Of a stretch of DNA of 58,196 nucleotides, positions 18,897 to 28,004 are shown piece after piece. The stretch comes from Bryobacteraceae bacterium. GTDB taxonomy: Bacteria > Acidobacteriota > Terriglobia > Bryobacterales > Bryobacteraceae. The stretch is from the NCBI GenBank assembly GCA_030038565.1, contig JASHSS010000159.1, forward strand, positions 1 through 58,196. The letters run 5' to 3'. Each line of letters starts with the position of its first letter. The first letter of the stretch is position 1. The notes under the pieces were generated by a model that saw only the letters and a list, made by a program, of their open reading frames with translations, was not told the DNA's origin and searched no databases. The position numbers and the translations under genes were made by a program.

Positions 18897-20347
18897 TGCG
18901 GCTGCGGCCCACACATCTGCGCGCCCGCTTGACGTTCTGGTACGTCTCCGTACTGGCGGCTCTGCTGGCGCTCGGTTGGGCTGGAACCTGCACGCTCCTG
19001 TTTCTCCAACTGCGCAGCCAAGTCGATCGCTTCGCCATCGAGGAAATCGAAACCGTGGAGGGCCTGTTCTACTTCGATGCCGCAGGCGCACTGCAAATGC
19101 GCGAGAACTACCACAACCATCCCGAATCAAAGGAAGTGATCGACCGGTATGTGGAGGTGCTTTCGCCGGAGGGCGCGGTTTTGTTCCGCAATGAAAAGTT
19201 GGGGCGCCGCCCACTCGGCGGAGCGCCTTTCGCCGGCGAGGGTGTGGGCGGATATTCGCAGAGGACTGCGCGGCTCTCCGATGGAACGCGCCTGCGCCTG
19301 GTGAGCCGCGTGCATTCGCTCGATGGGCGAGCCTTGCTCATTCGGCTGGCCCACAGTGAAGAGCCGCTATACGCAGGACTGGACGAGTTATTACTGGCTT
19401 CGCTGCTCGTCTTGCCAGTCGTGTTGCTCACGGCGGGGGTTGCGGGCTACGTCCTGGCGTGGCGCGCGTTGAAACCGATCGAAAGGATGGCGCGGCACGC
19501 CGAGGAGATCACCGCCGAGCGGCTGGACGCGCGCCTGCCGGACGATGATACTGACGATGAACTCGGACAACTGGCGCGCGTCTTCAACGAAACCCTGGCG
19601 CGGCTGGAGCGGGCTTTCGAGCAGCTTCGGCGCTTTACATCGGACGCTTCGCATGAATTGCGGACGCCGCTGGCCATGATCCGCAGTGTCGGTGAGGTCG
19701 GCTTGCAAAAGGATGGCTCGCGCGAGGAGTATCGCGACATCATCGGGAGCATGCTGGAGGAGGTCAACCGGCTCAGTTCGCTGATCGACAACCTGTTGAC
19801 CATCTCGCGTGCGGATTCCGGCCACCTGCAGCTTCATAAGGCCGCAGTCCCGGTGATGGCTCTGGCGCGCGAGGCGGCGGGGCTTTTCGAGATTCTGATG
19901 GAGGAGAAATCGCAGCGGCTTACTCTGGACGGCGATGAGACGGCCCAGGCGGAAGGCGATCGCCTGTTCTTGCGGCAGGCTCTGGTCAATATCCTTCACA
20001 ATGCCGTGAAGTACTCGCCGGTTGGAGAGACCATCGCCCTGCATGTACGACGCGATGACGGCAGGGTGTTGGTGGAGATTCAGGATCACGGGCCGGGTAT
20101 ACCTGCCGAGGACCATCAAAAAGTCTTCGACCGGTTCTACCGCGTGGACAAAGCGCGCTGGCGCGAATCAGGCGGCGCGGGTCTGGGCCTCGCGATTGCC
20201 AAGTGGGCCGTCGAGGCGCACGGCGGCACGCTGACGCTGGAAAGCAAACTCGGCGAGGGATCGTCATTTCGGATCAGTTTACCGGGGGCTGGTCTTGATG
20301 GACCTTTTCCGCCCGCTGTTCCTGCCCATGCGTCCGGATTCACATAG
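18896..20347 (+). CDS. sensor histidine kinase, CusS/CopS-like (two TM, HAMP, HisKA, HATPase_c)
   Basis: The ATG overlaps the response-regulator stop. H-box FTSDASHELRTPLAMI, N-box NILHNAVKYSP, G-boxes DHGPGIP and GGAGLGLAIAK. Confidence 0.9.
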   Translation: MRLRPTHLRARLTFWYVSVLAALLALGWAGTCTLLFLQLRSQVDRFAIEEIETVEGLFYFDAAGALQMRENYHNHPESKEVIDRYVEVLSPEGAVLFRNEKLGRRPLGGAPFAGEGVGGYSQRTARLSDGTRLRLVSRVHSLDGRALLIRLAHSEEPLYAGLDELLLASLLVLPVVLLTAGVAGYVLAWRALKPIERMARHAEEITAERLDARLPDDDTDDELGQLARVFNETLARLERAFEQLRRFTSDASHELRTPLAMIRSVGEVGLQKDGSREEYRDIIGSMLEEVNRLSSLIDNLLTISRADSGHLQLHKAAVPVMALAREAAGLFEILMEEKSQRLTLDGDETAQAEGDRLFLRQALVNILHNAVKYSPVGETIALHVRRDDGRVLVEIQDHGPGIPAEDHQKVFDRFYRVDKARWRESGGAGLGLAIAKWAVEAHGGTLTLESKLGEGSSFRISLPGAGLDGPFPPAVPAHASGFT

Positions 20348-20395
20348 TTGAACGGCCGTCGGCGCCGATGCTGGGAGAGCGTTTCATTCCTCCGG

Positions 20396-21355
20396 ATGCC
20401 GCTGAAGAAACTGGCCGCGTTTCTTGGCGTCGGTCTTCTCGCGGGTTTCGAACGGGAATGGTCGCGCAAAGACCTGGGAGTGCGCACATTCGCTCTCACC
20501 GCGCTGCTCGGAACGCTGAGCGCGATGATTTCCGGGACGTTTGCGCTTGCCGCCCTGGCAGCGGTCGGCGTGGTGATATTGCTGGTCAACATCCGGACTT
20601 TACGGTTGCAGAGGACGCTGGAAATCACCACGTCGGTTTCGCTGCAATCCGGGCTAAGCAGCTTCGCCGGCGCCTTGCGTCCTGGGGAAATCCGGAGTGC
20701 GATCCTGCTGGGCCTGATCGTTTGTGATTTATCCGCTGATGCCTGATCGCTTCATAGACGCATGGAAACTGATCAATCCGCTGGGATCCTGGATTACCTT
20801 GGTCGCGATCGCTGCGATCGGGTTCGCAAATTGTGTGCTGCTGCGGTTGTATGGTGGCGGCGGCCTTCTTTTTACAGCAGTCCTCGGTGGATTGGTCAAC
20901 AGCAGCGCAACAGTAGCCGCCGGGATTGCGGTTCTTCCAATCGCGGTAATGAGTGGCGGCGCCTTCGCACTGGGGTGGTTCAGCCACTCATCGGCGGAAT
21001 TGAACCACGATCTGAAGCTCTCCTCGCCGGTCTCGATCCGCAAAGTGTTGTCCTTTGGAGAATTGTTACTGGCGATCAAAGTGGCGGGCGCCCTTCTATT
21101 GGGGGACTTGTGAGCAGCGCGAGCACCACTGCCGCGGCGGCATTGCTGGCGGCTCATGGCGAAACGTCGGCATACATCGCCGGTTTGGCGACGATCGTCA
21201 CCTCGGCCGCGAGCGCTGCCTCGAATCTTCCCGTGATCAATCGGGTGACCGGAAGCTTGCCGCTTATAAGGCGGTTGATGCTCTCGACAGCCGTCATCGT
21301 CGTGGCCGGACCAGGGATTACTGCAAGCGAAATCCTGCTCGACAACTTTCACTGA
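20396..21355 (+). pseudogene. decayed MgtC/SapB + DUF4010 family membrane protein
   Basis: The family sequence is split over three frames. Frame 1 carries GLLAGFEREWSRKDLGVRTFALTALLG. Near 20715-20725 it shifts to FVIYPLMPDRFIDAWKLINP...GGLVNSSATVAAG. Near 21105-21115 it shifts again to VSSASTTAAAALLA...NLPVINRV. The total length is shorter than I expect for the family. Confidence 0.6.
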
Positions 21356-21404
21356 TTTGATGCTGGGGGAGCCTTTAAACATGCGTGCTAGGATAACCAT
21401 TCAC

Positions 21405-22919
21405 ATGAAACGTATTCTTGTTCTTGTTTTGCTGTGTTTGCTGGTAAGCTCCGCCGCACCCAGAAGGCCAAAGCTTGTGGTGGCGGTGATCTTCGATCAA
21501 TTCCGATACGATTATCTGACGCGTTTCCGCACTGAATACCATGCCGGATTCGACCGCTTGTGGACGCAGGGGGCCGTGTTCAGCAATGCGCGGTATGAGC
21601 ACTATCCGACTGTGACTGCGGTGGGGCATAGCACGTATCTCACCGGTGCGACACCTGCCATCAGCGGCATTGTCGGGAACTCCTGGTACGACCGCACCGA
21701 GGGAAAGTCAGTCACAAGTGTGGTCGATAGCGGTACGAAGCTGGTGGGAAGCGACGGGGAGGGTTCGTCCCCGCGGAGATTGCTCGTGGACACGGTGGGT
21801 GATGAGTTGCGCAAAGCTAGCGGCGGGAAGTCGCACGTGATCGGAATCTCGCACAAGGACCGGGCCGCCATTTTGCCGGCCGGGCACTCCGCTGACGCTG
21901 CCTATTGGTTCCTCGATTCCACCGGCGGATTCGTCACCAGCGACTATTACCTGAGCCAACTGCCTGCCTGGGTGCGCGATTTCAACGCGTCCCATCCATG
22001 CCAGGCTTACGCCGGGGAGAAATGGCTCGGCCATACGCTTCCAGCATCCGGCGGAAAACTATGCGAAGCGGTAACCGCCAGTCCGTTCGGCAACGACTTG
22101 ATGGAACACTTCGCCGAGCGTGCCATCGAAGCGGAACAACTCGGCAGACATGACGCCACCGACCTGATGGCCCTCAGCTTCTCTTCCAACGATGTGGTGG
22201 GTCACCAATACGGGCCCGATTCGCACGAGGTGCACGAAATGTGCGTGACCTCCGACCGTGTACTTGGAAGGCTGATCGCCGCGCTCGATCGACAGGTCGG
22301 ATCGGACGGCTATGTTCTCGTGGTCAGCGCCGATCATGGAGTAGCGCCGACCCCGGAAGCCAACGCCACCCTCAAGATGCCTGGCGGACGGTTGACCGGA
22401 CACCCAATAGAAAAGGCTGTCGAAGCCGCTCTCGGCAAGCGGTATGGCGATGCCAAGTGGGTGACGAACGCCGGCGAAACGGGTTTGTACCTGAACCTGG
22501 AAGAGATCGAATCGAAGAAACTCGACCGCGCCGAAGTAGACCGTGTGGCCGCGAACGCTGCCATGACGCTGCCCCAAGTATTTCGCGTCTATACTCGCGA
22601 GCAGTTGCTCAACGGTCAGTTCCAGGACGATTCCATAGGGCGGCGGGTGCTGAACGGCTTCTTCGCTCAGCGTAGTCCGGATATAGAAGTGGTGCTGGAT
22701 CCTTATTGGATCACCGGTTCCTCAGGCGCTTCGCACAGTACGCCCTTCGGCTATGACACTCACGTGCCGGTCGCATTTCTAGGGGCCACGATCCGTCCCG
22801 GGCGTTACGACGAGCCTGTTACGATCAACGACGTAGCTCCGACACTGGCAACACTGCTGGCGATCGAGACGCCCGCAGGGTCCGTGGGACGAGCGCTTTC
22901 AGAGATCTTCGCGCAATAG
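21405..22919 (+). CDS. secreted alkaline phosphatase family protein (PafA-like, AP/NPP superfamily)
   Basis: Signal peptide MKRILVLVLLCLLVSSA. Motifs VVAVIFDQFRYDYLTRF, YPTVTAVGHSTYLTGA and VVSADHG. Confidence 0.85.
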   Translation: MKRILVLVLLCLLVSSAAPRRPKLVVAVIFDQFRYDYLTRFRTEYHAGFDRLWTQGAVFSNARYEHYPTVTAVGHSTYLTGATPAISGIVGNSWYDRTEGKSVTSVVDSGTKLVGSDGEGSSPRRLLVDTVGDELRKASGGKSHVIGISHKDRAAILPAGHSADAAYWFLDSTGGFVTSDYYLSQLPAWVRDFNASHPCQAYAGEKWLGHTLPASGGKLCEAVTASPFGNDLMEHFAERAIEAEQLGRHDATDLMALSFSSNDVVGHQYGPDSHEVHEMCVTSDRVLGRLIAALDRQVGSDGYVLVVSADHGVAPTPEANATLKMPGGRLTGHPIEKAVEAALGKRYGDAKWVTNAGETGLYLNLEEIESKKLDRAEVDRVAANAAMTLPQVFRVYTREQLLNGQFQDDSIGRRVLNGFFAQRSPDIEVVLDPYWITGSSGASHSTPFGYDTHVPVAFLGATIRPGRYDEPVTINDVAPTLATLLAIETPAGSVGRALSEIFAQ

Positions 22920-23127
22920 GTGCCCGCCTTGCCGTCTTCCAAAGGAGCAGTTTAGGGTAGCGGTTTGCTGACGCGCTCTAGAGGCGCGGTTTGCACTTTC
23001 GCGGATCAGCCTACGGGCCCATCTCCTCCGTAACTTCACCGCGGTCTCTCGACCGAGAACGTCGCTGACTCGTGGTGAGGCGCTATTGCATCTGAGCGCC
23101 AGATATTAAGGTCACTCCGCGGGATTC

Positions 23128-23362
23128 CGGTTCGCCTAGACGAATCAACTTGACATCCTCCGGTGCGAAGCCGAGCTTCCCTTATTGCATCTTCACGTGG
23201 TCATCCGCACCCCAGTATGCCTTCATGATCCTACCTTTGGGAGTGTCGGACTATGGCTGCCAAAACATGCGTGATCCCGTGCGCCAAGGTGTAGCCCAGC
23301 AGACAGCCTCCGATGTAAGGCTCAGTTTGGTTCACTCGATCGAGGAAGACCACCACATGTAT
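23128..23362 (-). pseudogene. remnant of a small HExxH-type metallopeptidase-like gene
   Basis: The minus strand reads VVFLDRVNQTEPYIGGCLLGYTLAHGITHVLAAIVRHSQ, where HExxH is degraded to HGITH. After a +1 shift it reads RIMKAYWGADDHVKMQ-TAA-GKLGFAPEDVKLIRLG. There is no start codon and the remnant abuts the acyltransferase fragment. Confidence 0.35.
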
Positions 23363-23365
23363 TGA

Positions 23366-23551
23366 TAGGCGCCGCTGATGGTGACGCCGCCGAACAGCGT
23401 GGCGCATTCCGGGCGCGCGCCGGCGTAGCGCCCGATGCTCTTCGACGGCAGCAGCAGCGGCGCGTACTGCTTCTGGTATTCCGGGCGGATGAACGAGCGC
23501 CCCAGTCCGAGCGCCGGTCCGATGCGGTCGAACAGGTCCGCGCGGAACCGG
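23366..23551 (-). pseudogene. 186-nt internal fragment copy of the OlsF-like acyltransferase gene
   Basis: It aligns to 25117..25302 without gaps, with 7 mismatches by hand count. It encodes RFRADLFDRIGPALGLGRSFIRPEYQKQYAPLLLPSKSIGRYAGARPECATLFGGVTISGAY. Homology stops abruptly on both sides. Confidence 0.8.
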
Positions 23552-23733
23552 GAATAGGGCGCCGCCGGCCTGGCCCCCGTCACATCGAGCGTATGGCCCC
23601 CAGATAACCACACCGGAAGCCGTCGGACAGGCGGCAACAAAGCGATCTGTGCGGCGGCGGTGAAATCGGCGATGCGAGCGGCGTCCTGGCCGAGAAGTTC
23701 GGCGGCGGCCAGCGTCCCCGCTCCGCGCCAACC

Positions 23734-24726
23734 CTACCGGTCGCGGCTGGCCGGGGCGGCCGCCCGCGTGGCCTCCGCCAGCCTGGCTTGCGCCTCGGCC
23801 CGTGTGGGCTGATTGCCCTCGGGTTCCTGGCTGCAGTACTCCGCCAGGTACCTCGCGGCGCGCGCCGCGTCGTGGCCGGCGGCGAGCAAGCGGTCCGCGG
23901 CGCGATAGTAGGGGGTCAGATCGTCGGGGACATGGCTCTGGGCGGCTTCCAGGAGCGCATCGAGTTCGCCCCAGGAACGGCGCGCGGCATACACCTCCGC
24001 CAGGATGGAGTAGCCCGCCACGCGGCCCGGGTCCAGGGCAATCGCATCGCGGCCCTGCTGCGCGGCCAGGTCCAGGTTCAGGTGTTGAGGCGCAAGCTCG
24101 TAAGCCGCCAGCGCTTCGCGCGCGCGGAAACTGGCCGGCCCCGCCTCGACGGCTTTTCTCAGCAAGTCCTCAATCCGGCTGCTCTCCTTGCGGTATTCCG
24201 CCAACCGGGCTTCCGCCAGCCAGCCTTCCGGGCGATCGATGGCGGCGATGCGCGCGGCGGTCGAGCGGGCCTTCTCCTGGTCGCCGCCGGCAATTCCCGG
24301 GGCTAGCAGGTAGAACTCCAGCTGGTCGCGGAGCGCCTGCACGTCGGCCGGATCGAGCGCCAGGGCGGTATCGATCTCGCGCTGGAACCGCCGCGCCAGC
24401 AGCAGTTGCCGGACCACATTGGCCTGCTGCGCCATCACTCCAATCACCTCGGCCATCTGGCGGTGGTACCTGGCTACCTGGGGCGCCAGTGCGACGGCCC
24501 TTTCGGCCAGCCTGGGCGGCGTTTGGCGGTCGCCGAAGGCATTGCGGATCTGCGACAGAAGAAAGTTCGCCAGCGGATCGTCGGGGGCCTCGCGGTAGCG
24601 CGCTTCCACGATCGCGCGGGCGCGCTTCCAGTGGCCTTTGGCGATCAGGTTCTCCGCAGGGGTCAGCGCCCAGGCGGCCGGCGGCGCCAGCACCCACAGC
24701 GCCAAAAGCGCGAGCCGCAGGGTCAC
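23734..24726 (-). CDS. secreted TPR-like repeat protein
   Basis: Signal peptide MTLRLALLALWVLAPPAAWA, then an Ala/Arg/Leu-rich helical-repeat sequence. The GTG start overlaps the stop of the upstream acyltransferase (GTGA). Confidence 0.7.
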   Translation of the reverse strand: MTLRLALLALWVLAPPAAWALTPAENLIAKGHWKRARAIVEARYREAPDDPLANFLLSQIRNAFGDRQTPPRLAERAVALAPQVARYHRQMAEVIGVMAQQANVVRQLLLARRFQREIDTALALDPADVQALRDQLEFYLLAPGIAGGDQEKARSTAARIAAIDRPEGWLAEARLAEYRKESSRIEDLLRKAVEAGPASFRAREALAAYELAPQHLNLDLAAQQGRDAIALDPGRVAGYSILAEVYAARRSWGELDALLEAAQSHVPDDLTPYYRAADRLLAAGHDAARAARYLAEYCSQEPEGNQPTRAEAQARLAEATRAAAPASRDR

Positions 24727-26528
24727 TTCCGGGCCGCGTGCCAGGCGGCGAAAGCGGCGGCCGCGGGCTTGCCCATGAAGCGTTCCAGGGTGGCCGCCGG
24801 AGCGGTACGCAGATCCACCATGATGAGCGCATCGAGGGCGTCGGAAAAGCCGCGGTCCACGTTGAACGCCAGAAGGCGTCCGCCGGTCTTGAGGTACTGC
24901 TTCACCAGGATCGGAATGCCCTTGCCATCGGATTCCATTTCGGCGATCAGGCCCGAGAGTTCGTCCAGGTCACCGGGTACGCGCGTCACCACCCCGGTGC
25001 GGCGGAATACGCGCCCGGCGGGGCGATAGGGGCGCCGCGGCGCGACCAGCGGCGCCAGTTCGCCGGCCCGGCGCTTCTCCAGAAATTGCACCATCAGGTG
25101 CTGTGACACCGGGTGGTAGGCGCCGCTGATGGTGACGCCGCCGAACAGCGTGGCGCATTCCGGGCGCGCGCCGGCGTAGCGCCCGATGCCCTTCCACAGC
25201 AGCAGCAGCGGCGCGTACTGCTTCTGGTATTCCGGGCGGATGAATGAACGCCCCAGTTCGAGCGCCGGTCCGATGCGGTCGAACAGGTCCGCGCGAAACC
25301 GGAAAAGCGTGCTGGTGTAGAGGCCGCGAATGCCATGGCGCGGCAGAATATCGGGGGTCGGCCCCAGCCGGTAGGCGCCCACCACCTCGCCAGCGGCGCG
25401 GTTCCACAGCACCAGGTGCTGGTAATAGCGGTCGAACCGGTCCAGGTCGATGGCACGGCCGGTGCCCTCGCCCACGCCGCGAAAGGCGATCTCGCGGAGG
25501 CGGCCGATTTCGCGCAACACCGCTGGGAATTCGCCGGCCGCGCCCAGAAAGACCGCCAGGTCGCCCGCTTCCGCGAGGATTCGGCCGGCAGGCAAGGCTG
25601 CGATGTCGCGCGCGACTTCGGCGGGCGGGGCGGGGGCGGCGATAGGAGCTTTGCGCGGGAACATCAGCAGGGGGTGAAAGCGGTTCGCCGCGGCGTGCCC
25701 GCCCGTTTCCAAAAGGTAGGTGCGGCAGCGCAGATACTCGATCGCCTGGCGGCCGCTCTCGAAGCATTCGAGCGTGGCGGGCGCCACCGGGCGGCCGATG
25801 CGGATTTCCACCCGGTGGCCTCGCTTGTTCAGCAGTTCGCGCGGCAGACTGGCCGTCCGCAGGCTGGGATGCACCGCCCCTGCCAGCTGAAATCCCATGC
25901 CGTTAGCCCCGGCGAAGAAGATGGGCACCGCCGCGGCTCCGGCGCGCTGCGCCACCCGCGCGATGGAAGGATGCCACGGCGGATCGGCCACCGCGCCGGT
26001 TCTGAAATCCACGTGGGCCACTTCGCCGGCCGGAAACGTGGCCAGCAGGCCGCCCGCAGCCATCCACGCGCGGCACTCGCGGAGCGCCGCGGCATTTCCC
26101 CCAATGGTGCCCTTGCGGCCGAACGGATCGATGAAAATACAGCGCTCCGCCAACTCCGGAATGCCTGCCAGCAGGGAGTTCGCCAGAATCCGGACATCCG
26201 GCCGGATCTTCGGCAACACCACCGCCAGGATGGCGCCCTCCAATAATCCAAACGGATGATTGGCCACGGCCAGCACCCCGCCGGTGCGCGGGATGTGCTG
26301 GATTTCCGCGCTGTCCAGTCGCCAGGTGATGCCCAACAACGCCAGCAGCCTCTCCAGGGTTTCCGCCGGATGGCCGGCTGCGCGCGCGCACCGGTAAGCC
26401 TCCCACAACCGGTCGAACCAGAAAAGCTTCTGGATCGCCGGCTCCATGGGGTTCAGAATGCTTCGCAAAGGCTCACCGAGGAGCCGCGAAACCGAAAGCG
26501 CGGCGGGCCTTTCTAATTCAGCTTGCAT
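24723..26528 (-). CDS. bifunctional acyltransferase: N-terminal PlsC-like O-acyltransferase + C-terminal OlsB/GNAT-like N-acyltransferase (OlsF-like aminolipid synthase candidate)
   Basis: 601 aa. The N-terminal half has GGVLAVANHPFGLLEG (acyltransferase His box) and LATFPAGEV. The C-terminal half has REIAFRGVGEGTGRAIDLDRFDRYYQHLVLWN...GAYRLG...LELGRSFIRPEYQ, typical of COG3176/OlsB-type GNAT acyltransferases. Confidence 0.75.
   Translation of the reverse strand: MQAELERPAALSVSRLLGEPLRSILNPMEPAIQKLFWFDRLWEAYRCARAAGHPAETLERLLALLGITWRLDSAEIQHIPRTGGVLAVANHPFGLLEGAILAVVLPKIRPDVRILANSLLAGIPELAERCIFIDPFGRKGTIGGNAAALRECRAWMAAGGLLATFPAGEVAHVDFRTGAVADPPWHPSIARVAQRAGAAAVPIFFAGANGMGFQLAGAVHPSLRTASLPRELLNKRGHRVEIRIGRPVAPATLECFESGRQAIEYLRCRTYLLETGGHAAANRFHPLLMFPRKAPIAAPAPPAEVARDIAALPAGRILAEAGDLAVFLGAAGEFPAVLREIGRLREIAFRGVGEGTGRAIDLDRFDRYYQHLVLWNRAAGEVVGAYRLGPTPDILPRHGIRGLYTSTLFRFRADLFDRIGPALELGRSFIRPEYQKQYAPLLLLWKGIGRYAGARPECATLFGGVTISGAYHPVSQHLMVQFLEKRRAGELAPLVAPRRPYRPAGRVFRRTGVVTRVPGDLDELSGLIAEMESDGKGIPILVKQYLKTGGRLLAFNVDRGFSDALDALIMVDLRTAPAATLERFMGKPAAAAFAAWHAARK
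25117..25302 (-). repeat. source copy of the duplicated 186-nt segment (inside the OlsF-like CDS)
   Basis: See 23366..23551. Confidence 0.8.
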
Positions 26529-26971
26529 GACATCGGGCGTCTCGATTCAGCCTCGCGCCGTGGGCGTTTCAGGGCGATGAAAAGAGTATGAATTTTGCGG
26601 CGGCATCCCGGGCGAAGCATGCGGGGGCGGGCCAGCGGCCCGGTAGCGTGACGGATCGTGAATCCACGGTCACACCGGCGAGACTGCGCCTCCAGGACCA
26701 CCGGTGAGCGCCTCGCGGAGGCGCGCGTCGACGATATGCAATTTAGGCGGCAGTTTCCGACGCGGCCTCCGGCAAACTGGATTGCGCAGCCGGCTTCCAC
26801 GTCCGTGGTGTCCATTCGGGCATGCGTCTCCCCCGTGTGTTGCGCGATCGGTATAACGGGGGTCCAGCCGTTCACGGCTGCGCTAAGCTGAAACCGGGTA
26901 CCGAAATCTGATTACCGGTTCGCGGGATTCCCGGGCTGCTCTCTCGTTCCGGAAACCGAATCTTATCGGAT

Positions 26972-26989
26972 CTGTAACCGAACTGCGTT
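26972..26989 (+). promoter_or_regulatory. Pho-box-like direct repeat CTGTAAC-CGAA-CTGCGTT
   Basis: It has the 7+4+7 layout of the E. coli Pho box (CTGTCAT-AAAA-CTGTCAC) and lies 29-46 nt upstream of the NPP-family gene start. It is embedded in several (T/A)A(A/C)CCGA repeats between 26892 and 27019. Confidence 0.25.
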
Positions 26990-27017
26990 CCCGCCGGTGG
27001 TATCACAAGGGTAACCG

Positions 27018-28004
27018 ATGGGAAGAATCGCAACCCTGTTTCTCTATTCCGCGATGGCCGCGAACGCCCAACACGTGATCGTCTTCGGGATCGACGGGCT
27101 GAGCGTCGACGGGGTCAACCGCGCCCACGCGCCACGTCTACACCAAATGATGCAGGATTCCGCATGGACCTTGGAAGCCCGCGGCGTCATGCCCACGCTG
27201 AGCAGTCCCAACTGGTCGTCCATGATCGACGGCGCCGGTCCGGAGCAGCACGGCATCACCTCCAACGGCTACCTCAAGCCCATGGCCGAACTGGAACCGG
27301 TCTGCCGCGACGAGGCGGGCATTTTTCCCACCGTTTTCGAGGTTCTGCGCCACGAACGCCCGGCCGCCGATATCGCCATCTTCCACGATTGGCCGGGTTT
27401 CGCCAACCTGGTCGAGAAATCGGCTCCGGATGTGCTCCGGCATGAGCACGGCGCCCCCAGAACCGTCGAGGCCGCCCTACGCTACTGGCGCGAGAAACAC
27501 CCCGAACTGATGTTCCTGCAACTCGACAACGTGGACCATGCCGGGCACGCCTCGGGCTGGTCCAGCCGGGAGTACCTGCGGGAGGTGGAGAACGACGACG
27601 CACTGCTGGGCCAGGTGCTCGATATGCTCCAGGAAACCCCTGTGGGCGAATCCACCTTTCTGCTGGTCACCTCCGACCATGGCGGCAAAGGGCGCAATCA
27701 CGGCAAGAATTCGCTCGAGGAAATCCTGATTCCGTGGATTCTGCACGGCCCCGACGTGGCCGCCGGACGTCTCGTGGCGGCGGTTTACACCTTCGACACG
27801 GCCGCCACCATTGCCTGGATTCTGGGTGTCGCGCCGCACCAGTGCTGGATCGGTCGTCCGGTGATGGCCGCCTTTCAGCCGGCCGGCATCACCGCTCGCA
27901 GCGGGTCCGGGCAGGGATCGTGCGCCGGGACCGTCATCGCCACCCCCGCCGCCGGAGCGTTTGGCGCGCCGCTGGCGGCTCATTCGGGAGACCGTCGGAA
28001 TTGA
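27018..28004 (+). CDS. secreted nucleotide pyrophosphatase/phosphodiesterase (NPP)-alkaline phosphatase superfamily enzyme
   Basis: Signal-like N-terminus MGRIATLFLYSAMAANAQ. Metal and nucleophile motifs VFGIDGLS, MPTLSSPNWSSMIDGAGPEQHGI, LQLDNVDHAGHASG and LVTSDHGG. Confidence 0.85.
   Translation: MGRIATLFLYSAMAANAQHVIVFGIDGLSVDGVNRAHAPRLHQMMQDSAWTLEARGVMPTLSSPNWSSMIDGAGPEQHGITSNGYLKPMAELEPVCRDEAGIFPTVFEVLRHERPAADIAIFHDWPGFANLVEKSAPDVLRHEHGAPRTVEAALRYWREKHPELMFLQLDNVDHAGHASGWSSREYLREVENDDALLGQVLDMLQETPVGESTFLLVTSDHGGKGRNHGKNSLEEILIPWILHGPDVAAGRLVAAVYTFDTAATIAWILGVAPHQCWIGRPVMAAFQPAGITARSGSGQGSCAGTVIATPAAGAFGAPLAAHSGDRRN

Noticed and set aside
10150-23733. The frameshifts in the three decayed loci taken as sequencing or assembly errors.
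   Set aside because: I considered this. Neighbouring ORFs of more than 1000 codons are uninterrupted. The kinase locus also has an in-frame stop, missing N- and C-terminal parts and degraded motifs, and the scar contains a fused chimera. Read-level verification is still advisable.
26513-26875. A 120-aa ORF in the OlsF/NPP divergent region.
   Set aside because: No RBS, Arg/Cys-rich odd composition, and overlap with the OlsF-like start. I treat it as non-coding promoter DNA.
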